From Paecilomyces variotii (lineage: Eukaryota), in the NCBI GenBank assembly GCA_004022145.1, contig RCNU01000002.1: a stretch of DNA of 64,000 nt; one strand, 5' to 3'. Shown one piece after another: positions 1-17,677 of this stretch (its first letter is position 1; each line of letters opens with the position of its first letter). Below the pieces are notes generated by a model. It was not told the DNA's origin. It made no database searches and was given only the letters and a program-made list of their open reading frames with translations. Position numbers and translations under genes: made by a program.

Positions 1-3000
1 GCAGGAACCAGGCTCTGACCAAGGGAAAACTGGCTCTGGCGCGTCTGAAACTCAATCAACGACTGAAAAATGAAATATCAAATCGTGTTGAAAATGACAA
101 GACCGATAACGCCACTACGAACGAAGCTACGACGGAGGCCAATTCTGTCGGCCAAGTTCAGACTGATAATCTCACTCCGAATCACGACTCGACTAATAAG
201 GACTCACAAGACTGGGAAGCTGAGTCTGAGAATGAACTCTCTGAGTCCTCTGAGTAAGTCATCTCTTGTCTCTGTTCTTTTGTCTACATAGTTAATGCTT
301 GCAGATACGAGAAACTCGAAAAGTGGTATGGCGGACTCCGTGATCCCACTATTGAGGACATGATCAAGTGGCAGGCGGCAAAGTTTAAGGAAGAGACCCG
401 AAAGAAGAGACTGCTCAACAGAAAGAACCTCAACGAAAACCAGGACGAGTCGGTGGATAATCAGCTGTTCTGCTCTGAAGATGAAGGGGAGGCTCCTGGA
501 GCTTCTGCAAAATCTCAGGATGAGGGCGAAGGCGACCAGCCTGCAAGTGACGAGCTTCCTACCTCGACTCAACCTGTGAACAAAGATCAGCCCACCAATA
601 AAAGACGAAAGGCCAACAGAATCTCTGCTGAGGAAAGGAGAGGCAGTCTACAACTAGGTCTCGATATTGCTTTGTCCAGGACTAAAAGCACTGCTAAGAA
701 ACCTTTTCGGAAGACCCTCAATGGCCCCGCAAGATCTTTGGGTGGAAGAGCTACCAGGACTAGAAAGTCGAATATCGGCGAGAGTGTTCATGGGAAGCCA
801 CAGACTAAGAAAAGAGGATCAAAAGCAAACGATGTGGACTTCGGGTCATTATTCCAAACGGATATAATCGCAGATGCGCATGAGAATTCGAGATTACCGG
901 TCCATACCTTTACTAAGAAGAACAAAGATGATGCTTTGGCGGAGTTAATCGCTAGTATCCCTACAGCAGACAGAGAAGACGCAGTTCCCGATAAACGATT
1001 GGTCAGGGAAGCAACAAGGAAGTTTACACGGCCGGCAAAAAGTGATGGTGATGGTGGCTGGAGAATAAAAGGAATGGCGACTAGCCTATACAGTTATCAA
1101 GTTCGTCCTCCGCTATGGTATTCATGGATGTTAGCTAATCGGTCTATAGGTCCTGGGAGCAGCTTTCATGGTATCTATCTCTACGTTAACGCAACCAGTG
1201 GGCTATACTTTATTGACTTTCGAAGCGTGACAGGGAAAACGGACCTAAGAGACCTCATGGAGGATTCCTTTGCGACGTTATGGGGTTCGGGAAGACTATA
1301 CAAATGCTAGGTGATATCACTCCCCACGTATCTTCCCACCACAATAGAGTCTAACAAGATATAGCTAATATGGTCGACGGCGTACCCACAGACAGGGATG
1401 ATCCGGCAAGGACGACACTCATTGTCGTCCCAGCACATCTTGTTTCACACTGGTAAGCTTTGGTATGATTATGGGTACTTGTCAAGTAATAATTATCGTT
1501 CTAGGGCGAGCCAAATCCAGCGGCATTGCGAAAAAGGCGCACTGGGGTCCATTATCCTTTATCACGGGAAGTCAAGAATAGTTTCCCAGGACGCCGTGAA
1601 TGACCTCCAGATGTTTGGTGTCATGTAAGAGCATATACTTCCGAAATACATACATACCACACTGACCATTCTACGCAGAATCACCACATATGACGAAGTC
1701 AGGAGATCTTATCCAGACTTCAAACCGCCGGACGAGTTGACTACCGAGACCGAAATTCAAGAGTGGTGGGAGGACGCCTACAAGAAGCACGCTGGTCCTT
1801 TGCACCAAATCAAATTCAGAAGAATAGTCCTTGACGGTTAGCTATTCAGAATGACTCTTTTCCCCTCTATTCTTTGTAACTAATATTGCCACAGAGGGAC
1901 ATTACATCAAAAATCCAGAATCCAAAGTGTCTATAGCAGTACGTGCTCTTATAGGCCATTATAAGTGGATTCTCAGCGGAACTCCCGTACACAAGTAAGT
2001 ACGTCCAATACGAGATGGATTCAATAACAATCTAATCATATCTTGTCTCCTAGTGGAAACGAGGAGTTCTTTCCTTACCTTGATTTCTTGAAAGCTCCTC
2101 ACATTGGGCGCTATGAAGTATTCCTTAACAAATATTGCAATGTATACATTACCTATCCATAACATCTCCCTCTATTTGACGCCCGCTTCTGACCCTGTGC
2201 TTTGATTAGGGAGATGAGATGGGCAATATGCGTCTAGTAAACATACTGAAGCCAATAATGTTTCGCAGAACGCACTCAGCTCGGCTTTTTGCGATGCCAA
2301 TACTCAAACTTCCTGATATAGGCCAGAGAACTGTCGAGATAGAACTTTGCGAGGCCGAGAACAAGGTTTACCATTGGATGATCAAAATGTTCATTGACCG
2401 CATTAACGGTAAGCTGATATATTACATATTAACTAGAGCGAGGTATTGATGATTAAATAGGACTTTCCGAGCCCAAAAAAGTGGAACGCCAATATCGCTG
2501 CATCCTGACGATGATTCTTAAATTGCGCATGTTCACCAGCCACCTTTTGGCTGTACAGGATGTCCTCAAGGAGATTATAACACAAAATGTTATAGACGAC
2601 CTGAACCTCCTGTTGAAGAATGGAAGCGACCTAGAGGACCCTTCGGTGAAGATTGTGAATATACTTACTGCTTTGAGATCGGGAGCCCCTCCAGCTGAAC
2701 CCCAGAAAGCTCCTGAGCCCAAGGGTCTATGGGGAGACCAATCAGCAAAGACCCGTAACAGCCTTATCACTCAATTCCGGAAGATGATGACAGATCTCCA
2801 TTATAGTGAAGCCTGGGATGAACGGTTGGCGCGCACGACCTGCCCTAGCTGCGGATCTGTACCCGTAGATGCCTGCGTGACATCGTGTATGCATCTATAT
2901 TGCGAAGAGTGTCTCCTTCATCTAGGTCAAAGTGCACAGGAACAAGGAAATACACAGAGGATCTGCACTAGTTGTGGAGAGGAAATCCTGGAAACCGCAC

Positions 3001-3944
3001 ACTGCGGCTCTGTGGAGGATCTTAACATCGACTCGACTTCTCCTTCATCTCAGCTCAACCAAGGGAACAAAAAGTCACGGCCAACAAAGAACAAGGGCCA
3101 GAAGCGAAAAAGGAGCCTTGGACACCATGATGATCCTGATGATTCCGATGATGAGTTTGACTGGATCCCTATTGCGGCTCATATCATGCCCAGCGCAAAA
3201 TTAACTGCGATGACTGAAATCCTTGCGCAGTGGATAAATGAGGATCCAGAGACAAAGATAGTTGTCTTCACTCAATTTCAAGCAGTGATCCGCATCATCA
3301 GTGCTATATGCCAAAGAGAAGTATGGGGCTACACGTCTGTACGTATGACAACATTCTCAAATACAGATAGCTAGATATTCTGCTAATACAATCTTCAGCT
3401 GACTGGCAAGATGTCGATCCCAGCTCGGGAAAAGGCAATGACCGATTTCAGAGAAAGCGAAGATCTCAGAATCATGATTGCGTCTCTCAAGGCTGGCGGC
3501 ATTGGACTGGACTTAACCATGGCCAACAAATGCATCCTCATCGACCCATGGTGGAACGAAGCCGTGCAACAGCAGGTAAGCAAGGATACTGTTTTCAATA
3601 CTCACAATTTCTACGTGCGCAAACACTTATCTCTTTCGAATCCCACTAGGCGTATTGCCGACTATTCCGCATCGGACAGGAGAGAGAAGTGGAAGTTGTG
3701 AAACTCGTCGTGAAAGGGAGTATCGACGAATATATGATCGATCTCCAGAATAGGAAGTCACTCGAAATCGACAAGACTATCGGAGAAGCGGCCCTTTCTG
3801 ATAGGCAAGTCTCCTCGCCTTCACTTTGATCTTATATCTCTTCGCTAACGCACGTCCAGGGCTACGGTTTCTGAACTACTGAAGATGTTCGGCCAAGTGG
3901 AGGAAGGCGAGGACGGTGTACTCAGGGTGATTTCAGACTTGTAG
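1..3944 (+). CDS. SNF2-family ATPase/helicase with C3HC4 RING finger (Rad5/Rad16/Uls1-like group); multi-exon, 5' end outside the window
   Basis: Spliced translation gives Walker A GGFLCDVMGFGKT (~1260-1300), Walker B IVLD^EGH across an intron, WILSGTPVHN, RING CPSC...CMHLYCEEC...CTSC, SLKAGGIGLDLT and motif VI QQ^AYCRLFRIGQ. The frame is open from base 3 and the stop TAG is at 3942-3944. Confidence 0.9.
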
Positions 3945-4074
3945 AAAAAGCAGGAATAAGCGTGCCAGGGGGAGAGAGAAGTCATTGGTTCTCCCACCCC
4001 CTCCTCTCTATCCTTTGGTAACACGGGAGGACACCTAAGTTCCAAAAATTGGTTTTCGTGACGTTTACTCTGCT

Positions 4075-7530
<3,456 letters not shown>

Positions 7531-7739
7531 GGTGCAAGCTGGCGCGAGGCCGCTGGAAAGCCGCGATGGGCTCTAGGATCTCGATGGACGGATGTGCGTA
7601 GTCTGCAAAAGCAGATGGTCGTGGCCTGAGTTAGTTGACTGACTGTATTCACACCGACGGGATTAATATTCTCTGCAATTGATGATTTCTCTATCTTAGC
7701 GCCCCTCCAGCGCATCCCTTTCTCTTTCTGGCGGAAAAG

Positions 7740-7790
7740 ACGCGTGAACGCGAACACGTCGGGCTTACATTGATCCAGCTCCCGACGCGT
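7740..7790. promoter_or_regulatory. MCB (MluI cell-cycle box) cluster upstream of MCM6
   Basis: ACGCGT at 7740-7745 and 7785-7790, plus ACGCGA near 7748, 210-260 bp upstream of the MCM6 ATG. Confidence 0.6.
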
Positions 7791-8301
7791 ACAGTGGTTT
7801 TCGGGCCGGCAGTTCTTCCGGCGCTCCTCGGCACGGGATCTTGGCGCGGGCGGTCGCTGCGGGAATCTCGCGCTAGCCCGATACGGTAAACGGTCTGACC
7901 CTCCTGCTCGCTTGGACTGTGATGTGATTGGCTCGTGTGGCCGCAGATAAACATCTGAGTAGCTGCATCGCAGCGGGGGAGCCAATAGGGACCCCCGGGC
8001 AGCCTTCCCCCTCCTAATTTCCTACCGCGGTTCTATCATAGCAGAACGCAGAGTAACAGTAGTAATCGTCTAAAAGAGCATGGTCGGCGATCTGACAGAC
8101 GGCATCTGTAAGCATCTGTAAGCATCTGATATGCCCCGTCCCCAGTGCTGGTCCTCCTTTTCGAAGTCTCATTCATCATCGTGGCATGGATTCTCTCTGG
8201 CCATCATCAACAAATCTGATTCTGTCGGGTTCTGTTCCGTCCCCGATTTGTCGAGCTCCGTCGCTTTCTGTTCTTGCTCAGCTTGTCCGGACGAGTAACT
8301 A

Positions 8302-10017
8302 ATGGAGGCACCTGAGGCCTCAGCGCCAGACCAGGCGCCTTCAGCCCCATCAGTCTCGAAGATGGATTTACGAACATCCAAACCATCCCCAAGAGCACGA
8401 AGAGAGCGTTAGTGCTCCATTCCATTTGAGAAAGAACGAATCCTGACCAGGTGCTCAAACAGCCAAGCAACCAAGGGCGAAGAGACGTCCGCCAGTGAAC
8501 CAGGAGAATACTGGACAGGGACAATCGTTTTTCTTCGTCGATCCTGGCTCGTCGACCAGGGAAAAGCGAGCGCATGTAATGCGACATCATATTCAAGAGA
8601 AGCGTAAGCAAAACAAAGGGGCAATCAGCACGGATCAGCAGGATGGCAGACCCGGTCGCTACCTACCATGGCGGAAAAAGCAAAATAAAGAGGAAAAAGA
8701 CCGATCATCTTCATCTGCGGTAAGTACTCGAGCGCTACGGGAAATCACTCTCACATGATAATTGTACCCGAGCTTTTGAGATTCTTCTATTGTCATTTGG
8801 CGACCATGACCCTATTCGCACAAAAAGATTGTCCTATCTCCTGGCCACAGACTACAAACGCTAATTTATTAACACAGCCGGAGACTTCACTCCTATCTCC
8901 CGAACTACAGCCTGTTCAGGAACCCACCCCACGGCCACAGGATGCACTTAGTTCTGCGAGACGAGATCCATTCGATAGTTTCCCTCTGTTTCTGGAACCC
9001 GATGACTACCAGCTAACAGATCTCTGGACGTCGAAACTGGCCTACTGGTCGGGACAGAACCTTCATATGAAGAATGCCGTCTTTCGAGCGGCCATGGGGC
9101 ACCCTGTGGCGTTCCAGGCAGTCATACTTTGTTACTGTGCTCGATGGAGGTCCCGGCTATGTGGCCTGACTCATGATCCCGCCGTTGAAAGTCGTGTCAA
9201 TATGGTGGAGAAGGCCACTAACGATGCCATTGGGGGGGTAATAGGAATGGATGAAGATTACCTTGCCATGGCGCTGACCGGTCTATCCTTGCAAGAACAA
9301 CGGTTTGGCGAGAAGAGGAGAGCGGAACAATTCGCAGACAACGCCGCGCAGATTATAAGGTCCCGGACAGGGACCTCTCGTCTTGTCGATGTACTTCTGC
9401 ACTTCGTCCGATCTGTCTCGGCACCGTCTGATGCTGCTATCGATGCTGATGGTACACGGTGGCTGGTCACTTACTTACGGAACGCCGAACGGATCATGGC
9501 AGACCAGAGTCGCGAAGAGTTTCTGTCCCTCGTACCAGAACGCCGAGATGCCTTCCAGTTTGAAAGCCCCTTGTATCCTCTCCTCGCAGCTGGGCCTCGC
9601 CCGACACAGGTGCCACTTGACCACCGGATATACGTAATGCAAAGCATCCCAACACAAGATATGTGTCGAACAGCAGCCCTGATATACATAACGACAGCAC
9701 TTTGGGACTTCAGGCACTCGCCTAGTAGAACAGCCCGTTTTCTCGAGCAAACCATGTTTCACGTGAAGGAACGTGGCCTTGATCGCTATCCCGCCTGTGA
9801 ATCGTTTTTGTGGTTGCTACTGGAGGAAGTTTATGACCCGGACCTGAAAGACCCCGAGCGGGCATGGTCCACGGTCAGACTGCTCAATATGCACAAGGTG
9901 CTCAGCCCAAGCGTGCAGTTCCACTTCAGTGAACTCCTCATGAGTTTTCTGATGCTGAACAAACCGCTGCGGGGAATCGACGCATTCGAGGAAGAATTAC
10001 TTCGGCCCGTGCCGTGA
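8302..10017 (+). CDS. Fungal-specific transcription-factor-domain protein without a Zn2Cys6 cluster (3 exons: 8302-8407, 8463-8719, 8878-10017)
   Basis: In-frame splicing via GTTAGT...CTGAC...AG and GTAAGT...GCTAAT...CAG. Motifs FFFVD...RAHVMRHH and RRDPFDSFP are typical of this fungal family. Confidence 0.75.
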
Positions 10018-11963
10018 ATATTCAGCAAGTATGTCTGCAAAACGTCGAGTGATACGTATGGCTGCATCGGCCAGGCATAAGACGGCAAATGGTAGTCGAA
10101 TGCGGATTCGACAACTACGTACCTGAGTCGTCTTCATTGTATATCTTGGCTTTCTGTTTACGGAAATCCAGAATACTCCGTACATTCCCAGCCGAGTTCC
10201 CAATGGCTGCGGGGTTTGGTATGCGGGGGAATCCACGAAATTGGTCAAGAAGGAATCCCCCCCCCCCCGGCTACCAGCTATTCGTGAATGGATATGATGA
10301 TGATCGCACGTAAATCGGGGCAGCGTGAGCAGCACTTCCTTCACATGCCGCTTCTGGAATGCTGAAGAAGGGCGAGAATGATTTCCTCAAGACCTGTCCA
10401 TGAGACCTTTACCACCATTGAGGGACAACTGGAGACATGGACCTGGCGTCCATAAAGCGAGACAATGACGAGGATGGAGTACATGGATGCCGAAGAAAAG
10501 TGGCAGTGCTATTCCTCTCGCAAGGTATACTTATTCAGTGGTAGGGGTTATCACTGGAGTTACGAAACCACGTCCATGTGCGGGAGGGACATGACAGACC
10601 TTATTTGGAGATGCGGACGATATATGATGATCTGTGCCGTCCCTTGATCGGCACTTGCATGGCTGATGTTGCATATAATATGCGTACGTGCCAATGTGTT
10701 GTTGGTTTTCTCATCAATGGAAAAGTGTTCTAACTTATCATTCTTTTCATCAGATGTGGGCCCACTTGGGCTCCATGAGATCAGCGGAAGGATAAGATCT
10801 GAATGTGATCGCGGTAGATCCACCTATCAAAAGTACTGTACAAGAGTCTCCTTGGGAACACCTAGGAACTAGAGTACTCTAAAGTAGACACTGCGATTGT
10901 GCAGAACTTTGAACTCGGTCTCCATTATCCCAATTCGATAGCCTATCAAAGGGATCGAGACGTGATCTAGGATGAGCCACATGTGGCTGGTGTATGCCGC
11001 GCCACGCCAGCACTCCGCAGGATTACGTATGTCGACGGTTCAAGAGTAGTTTTAAAGACTCACCGAACTTGAAGAAATAATGTCTAGCTCGAGTAAGGGT
11101 TGGAACCTGGAACTCTCCTGTACCATAGAAGCACAGAAGATACGTAGACAGCAGCTCTGGCGTCCTGGCCTGTCCAGGTTGGTTCACTGGTCCGTGTGTA
11201 AGCTGACACTCTGGATGGCTTGCTTGGTATTGCATGAAACTTGTTTGAATGGTCGAGAAAGAAGGTGGCCGACTAAAACTTCGGACGTTTCAGCACCTGC
11301 CCCCGGTCTGCTGGGCAGCCTGGGCAGCCTGGGCATTATTATTTCCATCCTGAACCTTGGAGGTGGCGTATGCTATCTTGGTCCTGTCTTGGACTCTGAC
11401 AGGTGTTGCGAGAAGGCACGGACCGCAATAGCCATCTGGTTCCTACTCATGATTCATCATACGCAATCTGCACCGTGTGTCACGATTGGCGCCCGTAGAG
11501 CTGACCCAATTGCTGGGAATGGATGTGCGAGCGCATTTGTCTTAGCCATGAGCAGAGTTTTTTCGGCCTGGGTGCTGAAAGCATCCTCAACAACAGTACT
11601 CCGTAGTAACAATAATGATGTCCAGGAAAAAGCACCACTTGTGGTCCGTGGATCGATTCACACATGGGTACACCAACCTCGGGCGTATCTTGGTTCCATC
11701 ATACGCTAAACGGGTCAGGGGTTCGCCAGCGCCCAGATCGGTCAGTCAATAGCGGACCTGCCCAGGAACTATGATGCTATCAGTCGCCCGCGCTGGACGC
11801 TCTAATCGACGCGAGTTGCCGGTACCACGGGAATTGATGACATAGTTTGGCGTACGGGATCTGATAGATACCGTAACCCAACCCAGTTGAAAGCCCCATT
11901 GAGCCCTGTGGACCGTATTGTAGTTCATCGCAGTCCCGGATCGACGGAGAACTGACGCTGGTC

Positions 11964-11985
11964 AAAAAAAAAAAAAAAAAAAAAA
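11964..11985 (+). repeat. Poly(A) tract, 22 nt
   Basis: Direct reading. Confidence 0.95.
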
Positions 11986-12939
11986 GCCTTTCTTCCTTCT
12001 GGCGCTCGTGTTTTCCCCCCTAATCAGTCCGTTTTCGTCCAACTGCGCCACAGATCAATGGCGCGTGGAGTGGAGAGAGAGAGCACTCTTTAGCGTGTAC
12101 TCCAGGGCTTCGGTAGCCTTTGAGAGAGTCGTTTGCCGGATCAGGGATCCTGTGCCAGCTGGCTGAACGGGTGGTCACTGGTAACCATGGTCCTTTCGTC
12201 GACCTGAGATAGCAGATGTGGCTTTCCAGGTGTAACCAAGAGACGATGTGGCCGTGCGCTGTTAGGTACTTGATGATGGGTGGCAAGGAAAAAGAAGATC
12301 ATGATCCCTTTGGATGGGTTAATCGGGGGGCTCGACCGTCTGCAGCGGATCGATCTCATTTCCGCATCGCACAACAGCGCTTGCAGGGATCGTAATCATT
12401 TGTAGTGTCGTGGCAGCTTATCTCGTACTCGAGTCTCGTAGAGTTCTCGTCCAGTCCAAACACGGCATCACAGCATTGCTGGCCAGTCAACCTCGTAGTC
12501 GGTTGCCACATTGGTCGTGTGGGGGAAGCGTCTAGCGGAGTAGCGTCAATGAGTTTGATATCATTTCCCGGTGGTTGATCCTCCCTGGCGTTGGTATGTG
12601 CGATTGAGTTCATAAGGAGCCCGCCCTGCAAAATATGCTTTCTCTGGGCTGGACGATCATCAACAAGAACTGGTCCCATAACCTTTGGCAAGCCGTGTCC
12701 ACCACTTTCAGCTTGCCCCTCCACGCTCCCTTTTAGGTCTTTTGCTTCCCTATCTTATTCTTGTTTTTTTTTTTTTTTCTTTTTTTTTCTTTGATGTTAT
12801 TGTCTGCTCGATTCCCTCCCTCTCTTCCTTCTTTTCCTGCCAGTCGGCTTTGTGACAGTGGTGGTATCCCCGCGTGTAGCTGTGAGTATAACAACACCAG
12901 TTGCGATCGGAGGAGCCTCTTCGGATTCGAGCTTCCAAG

Positions 12940-15900
12940 ATGGAGGCATACGACGAGGGCATAGTGCCCATTCATTATGGCCTCTTCAGGCGCCAGGTAA
13001 GTCGTGCAATCCTTCGCATCCAGAAGAGAGGCTTCTGGGTGGCGGCGCGGCGAAGTTGACGAGATCACCAAATCTCATGGCTCAAGGCGTCGCATTCGCG
13101 ATGGTGCAGGCGCGCTGACCCCAGGACAGAGTGACAGCGACAGTACTCAGAATACTTCGAATTCGGCTTCTGGTCTTGTGTCCACGTTGGTGGTCAACTT
13201 GGTTATCTCGGGTGCCATGGTCCTCCTCTTCGTCCTGCTGCGTCGCCGCGAGAAGAGGACTTATATGCCGCGTACCTACTTGGGAACCTTGCGGCAATTC
13301 GAGCTCACTCCGCCCTCCTCGACTGGCTTGATTGGCTGGATCAAGGACATGTACCGGCTCCCCGATACCTATGTTCTGCAGCATCACTCAATGGATGCGT
13401 ACTTCTTGCTCCGCTATCTCAAGATTGTCTCGATCATCTGCTTCGTCGGTTGCTTGGTTACCTGGCCAGTGCTCTTTTCGGTCAATGCCACCGGCGGTGG
13501 AGGCAAGCAGCAGTTGGATATTTTGAGCATCTCGAACGTGTCGAACACCTTTGGCCGATACTACGCACATTGCTTTATTTCCTGGATCTTCGTCGGTAAG
13601 TTGCAATTGACAGGAGAGAACACCAATCGCATTATAACAAAGCTGCAACATAGGATACATATTTTTCACGATCACTCGCGAGAGCATCTACTATATCAAC
13701 GTCCGCCAGGCTTACGCCCTTTCGCCTCCATACGCAAACCGCATCTCGTCTCGGACTGTCCTGTTCACTTCTGTTCCTCAGGAGTATCTTAGCGAGGCGA
13801 AGATACGCCGAATGTTTGGCGACGACAGGGTCCAAAACGTCTGGGTAGCTACCGACGTCAAGAAGCTGGATGAAAAGGTCCAAGAGAGAGAAAAGGCTGC
13901 GATGAAGCTTGAGGCCGCCGAAATCAGCTTGATTAAGATGGCGAACAAGGAACGACAAAAGTCTATGAAGGGCCAGCCCGCCGAAGAGGAAATGGCACAT
14001 CTGGACAATACGGTTGAGGATGACCGGGATGCTGAATCAGGTTCTGTCGCCGCCCGTTGGGTCAAGGCAAACAAGAGACCGACTCACAGACTCAAGTTCC
14101 TCATTGGCAAGAAGGTCGACACCATCAACTGGGCTAGATCTGAGATTGAGCGTCTAACCCCCGAGATCGAGGAACTCCAAGCTCGTCACCGTGCAGGTGA
14201 TGCCAAGTTGGTCTCGTCTGTTTTCGTCGAGTTCTACACGCAGACGGATGCCCAGTCTGCGTTCCAGTCCGGTATGTCCTCTTTTTAAGCACTTATACAG
14301 CACTGGAGTTCACGATTTACTAATCCTCCTTGCAGTCGCACACAATCTTCCTCTCCACATGGCACCGCGTTACATTGGTCTTGACCCGACTCAGATTATC
14401 TGGTCGAATTTGCGCATCAAATGGTGGGAACTTGTCATTCGATATGCTGCAACCATTGCCTTTGTGACTGCCATGGTTATTTTCTGGGCTATTCCCACTG
14501 CAGTCGCAGGAGCTATCTCCAACATCAACTTCCTCACGAACAAGGTCCCCTTCCTCAAGTTCATCAATCACGTACCGAAAGTCATTCTGGGTGTCATCAC
14601 TGGTCTTCTGCCAACCGTTATCATGGCTGTTCTGATGGCTTTGGTACCTATCATTCTGCGATGTAAGTGTACTCCACGGTCATAATTCTGATGAGTAGTA
14701 GCTGATGGTGTTTTGAACATTCTAGTGATGGCCAAATTGGGAGGCTGTCCTAGCTTGGCTGCTGTAGAATTGAGGACTCAGAACTTCTACTTCTGCTTCC
14801 AAGTCGTCCAGGTTTTCCTTGTGGTCACCCTCGCCTCTGCTGCGACTAGTGTGACTACTAAGATCATCGAAAACCCTACTTCGGCCGCGTCACTGCTAGC
14901 CCAGAACATCCCTCTTTCGTCTAACTTCTACATCTCTTATATCATCCTTCAGGGATTGTCCTTCAGCTCTGGTGCTCTCCTTCAGATTGTCGGTCTGATC
15001 CTGTCCAAAGTCCTCGGCAAGGTCCTGGATAACTCTCCTCGGAAAATGTATAAGCGCTGGGCAACCCTGTCTGGCCTTGGCTGGGGAACCGTTTTCCCTG
15101 TTTTCACACTGTTGACGGTCATTGGTGAGTCACATTGCTTCATAATTCAGAGAATCCTTGACTAATCTATCGACCTTTAGCCATCACGTACTCCTGCATC
15201 GCCCCGTTGGTCCTGGGTTTCGCTACCATTGGTCTCTATCTGTTCTACTTTGCCTATCGATACAACTTGCTCTACGTCTCCAATGCGGAAATTGACACTC
15301 AGGGCAAGGTTTATCCTCGGGCTCTGCAACAAACTACGACCGGATGCTACCTCCTCGTTGTCTGCCTCATCGGTCTGTTCGCCATTGGTACTGGTTCCGA
15401 CCGGATGGCTGTTGGACCGCTGGTCTTGGAGATCATCTTCCTTATCTTCCTTATCCTTTACCACCTGTCTCTGAACAGTGCCTTGGAGCCCCTGATCAAC
15501 TATCTTCCCAAGAATTTGGAAGCTGAAGAGCAGGGCCTCCTCGAGTTGGAGCGCAGCAAGCTGGGCCAGACCAACAGCAGTGACCCTACCAGCTCTGTTC
15601 CGGACGGTGACTATCCTGACAAGGTGGACTCGGTGGAGAAGGGTTTGCACAACACTGCTCTCCCGGCCCCCCACAAGAAGCCTAGCATCCTTGCAAAGTT
15701 CCTCCGCCCAGATAAGTACACAGACTACGCCACTATGCGCCGTCTTGTGCCCAATACCCTGGACAGCATCCAGTATCCTCCAGAAGTTGAACGTGATGCA
15801 TACTTCCACCCCGCGATTACTTCGCAGGCTCCTCTTCTCTGGATTCCTCGTGACCCAGCTGGTGTCAGCAGGCAGGAAGTCAAGCATTCGCTGAAGGTAA

Positions 15901-16004
15901 TCCCCATCACTGATGAGGATTCCTGGCTGGACGAGAAGAACAAGGTCCACTGGAACTCCGAGTCAGGCAGACCGCCTATCTACGAGGAGAAGATCTACTA
16001 CTAG
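12940..16004 (+). CDS. CSC1/OSCA/TMEM63 (DUF221, RSN1/PHM7-like) osmo/mechanosensitive Ca2+-permeable channel, multi-exon
   Basis: First exon MEAYDEGIVPIHYGLFRRQ (12940-12996) splices to 13130. Motifs YMPRTYLG, MDAYFLLRYL, KKVDTINW, PTQIIWSNL, FFQVVQVF-like YFCFQVVQVFLV, YRYNLLYV and C-terminal LLWIPRDPAGVSRQEV...PPIYEEKIYY. Confidence 0.93.
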
Positions 16005-16969
16005 TTGGATGGTCTTTAGACCGGGCCTCGTTATCACCGAAACAGGGTCATGTCTCTTGTCTTGGATCACAACATATGGACCCCATTGGAGTCATGCTCC
16101 TTGTATTTTTATTTCTAATTACCCCTCTGGCGGCTCTCCACCGAACTGATACCCATCTGACCCCCATCTTCCCACCATTATGGATTACCTAATTCCCTAT
16201 TATCATTTTTGTCAATGTTGAACATCTCTATGAACTTGGAACTCTCTATATGCTAAAGTAGAGTAACGATTTTTTGTTTGATGAATCTGCTCTCTACGGT
16301 CTATAATTTGCAATAGCGACAGTATCCAAAACTTCTAACTAAGCATATCCTTATTCCATAATTTGTGGTTTCATGTTGCCTTTGTACTTTTAATGTAAAA
16401 GCACCCCATCCTTCTGGGCAGGGCCGAACAGCATCATGTCTTCCGGCTTCAATTTACTCTGGCATTAGCGTTACTTAGCAATGACCATGACATCATGATT
16501 TCAGATGTAGAATCTTACCTCGGGTAGCCGTAGATTGCTATTATCCGTCTTTTGTGACCAGACACAATTCGCACAAGACCCACGAAAGAACTCAGCTAGG
16601 ACGCAGCAACCCTCGAAAGGGCCGCGTTCAGCGGCACAGTGCAATCACTGCGGAAGGACGAGCTCTCCTCTGGACTGTACGAGGATGGCGTTTACCTGGT
16701 GCTGGGACGTGAGTTCTTTCCGCACGCAAGGCTCTCCAGGCGAGGACAAGCTGGAAGAAGAGGAGAAGGAGAAAGAATAGACGAAGACACCCTGATATAG
16801 GCGTGCCTATGATTGAGACCGGCAGTCACTCAGAAAAAAAAATGTAAAGCTAAGGATAGCTCTTTTTGTTTTGGCCAAAGAACCACGAAGGTAAGGAACT
16901 GCTCTTCGGTTACAGAGGAGCCAGACTTGCAGAGCTTTCATCTGATTGATAGACTTAGCTTGAGATCCT

Positions 16970-17629
16970 TTACTGGCCTTATTTGCCTCCCATTTGACCT
17001 TCTTGGTCGTAATCTGAACTCCATACACCTCTATATCTGATCCACGAGTCGATTACATGGTCCAGCGTTGCGGACTCGGTGGGGGGTAACTGAGAGCTTC
17101 CCGATCTGTCCTTTGCACCTACCCTCTGAAGCAGGTTCTTAGCTCTTTGGTAGTAATGAGTTAACGACTCGGTTTCGCGTTGGTGAAGCCGTGAGACTTC
17201 ACTGTGAGATCACGCCACATCCTTAGTTCTGGGAGTCGCTGTAAATTGCTCGATGAATCATCGGTTGCTCGCTCAAATAGTTCAGTGATCCCTATAGTCC
17301 CTTCAGCCCAAGCTGCTGCCTCGCCAGTCAATTATTTTCCCTCCTTACCCTGTGGAGCTATCGAATATGGTATGATATGGGCGCATTGGGTAGAACCCCA
17401 AATAATCTTAGACTTTTCTTCCTCAGGCAGTTCAGGGATACCAGAAGACAATTTCAAGCCCCTCGAAAAACAGCTTGGGATTGATGCTAGTAGACTCAGT
17501 GGCTATCTTCCATTCCCCACTTGTACAGTACTTCTTGAGCCACTTAGAAGCCGACTGGTCAATGCCTCCTGAAAAGGACCTATAGAGGCTTAAACTCCCG
17601 ATATCCCATAACAACGCCGTTATCCTTTA

Positions 17630-17677
<48 letters not shown>

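Noticed and set aside
10380..10872. Possible spliced gene relic (GTACGT...CTAAC...CAG near 10684-10753)
   Set aside because: The frame contains a stop and no family could be recognised; too weak to annotate.
11080..11709. 209-aa ORF
   Set aside because: No recognisable motif, Trp/Cys/Leu-rich non-coding-like composition and no splice support.
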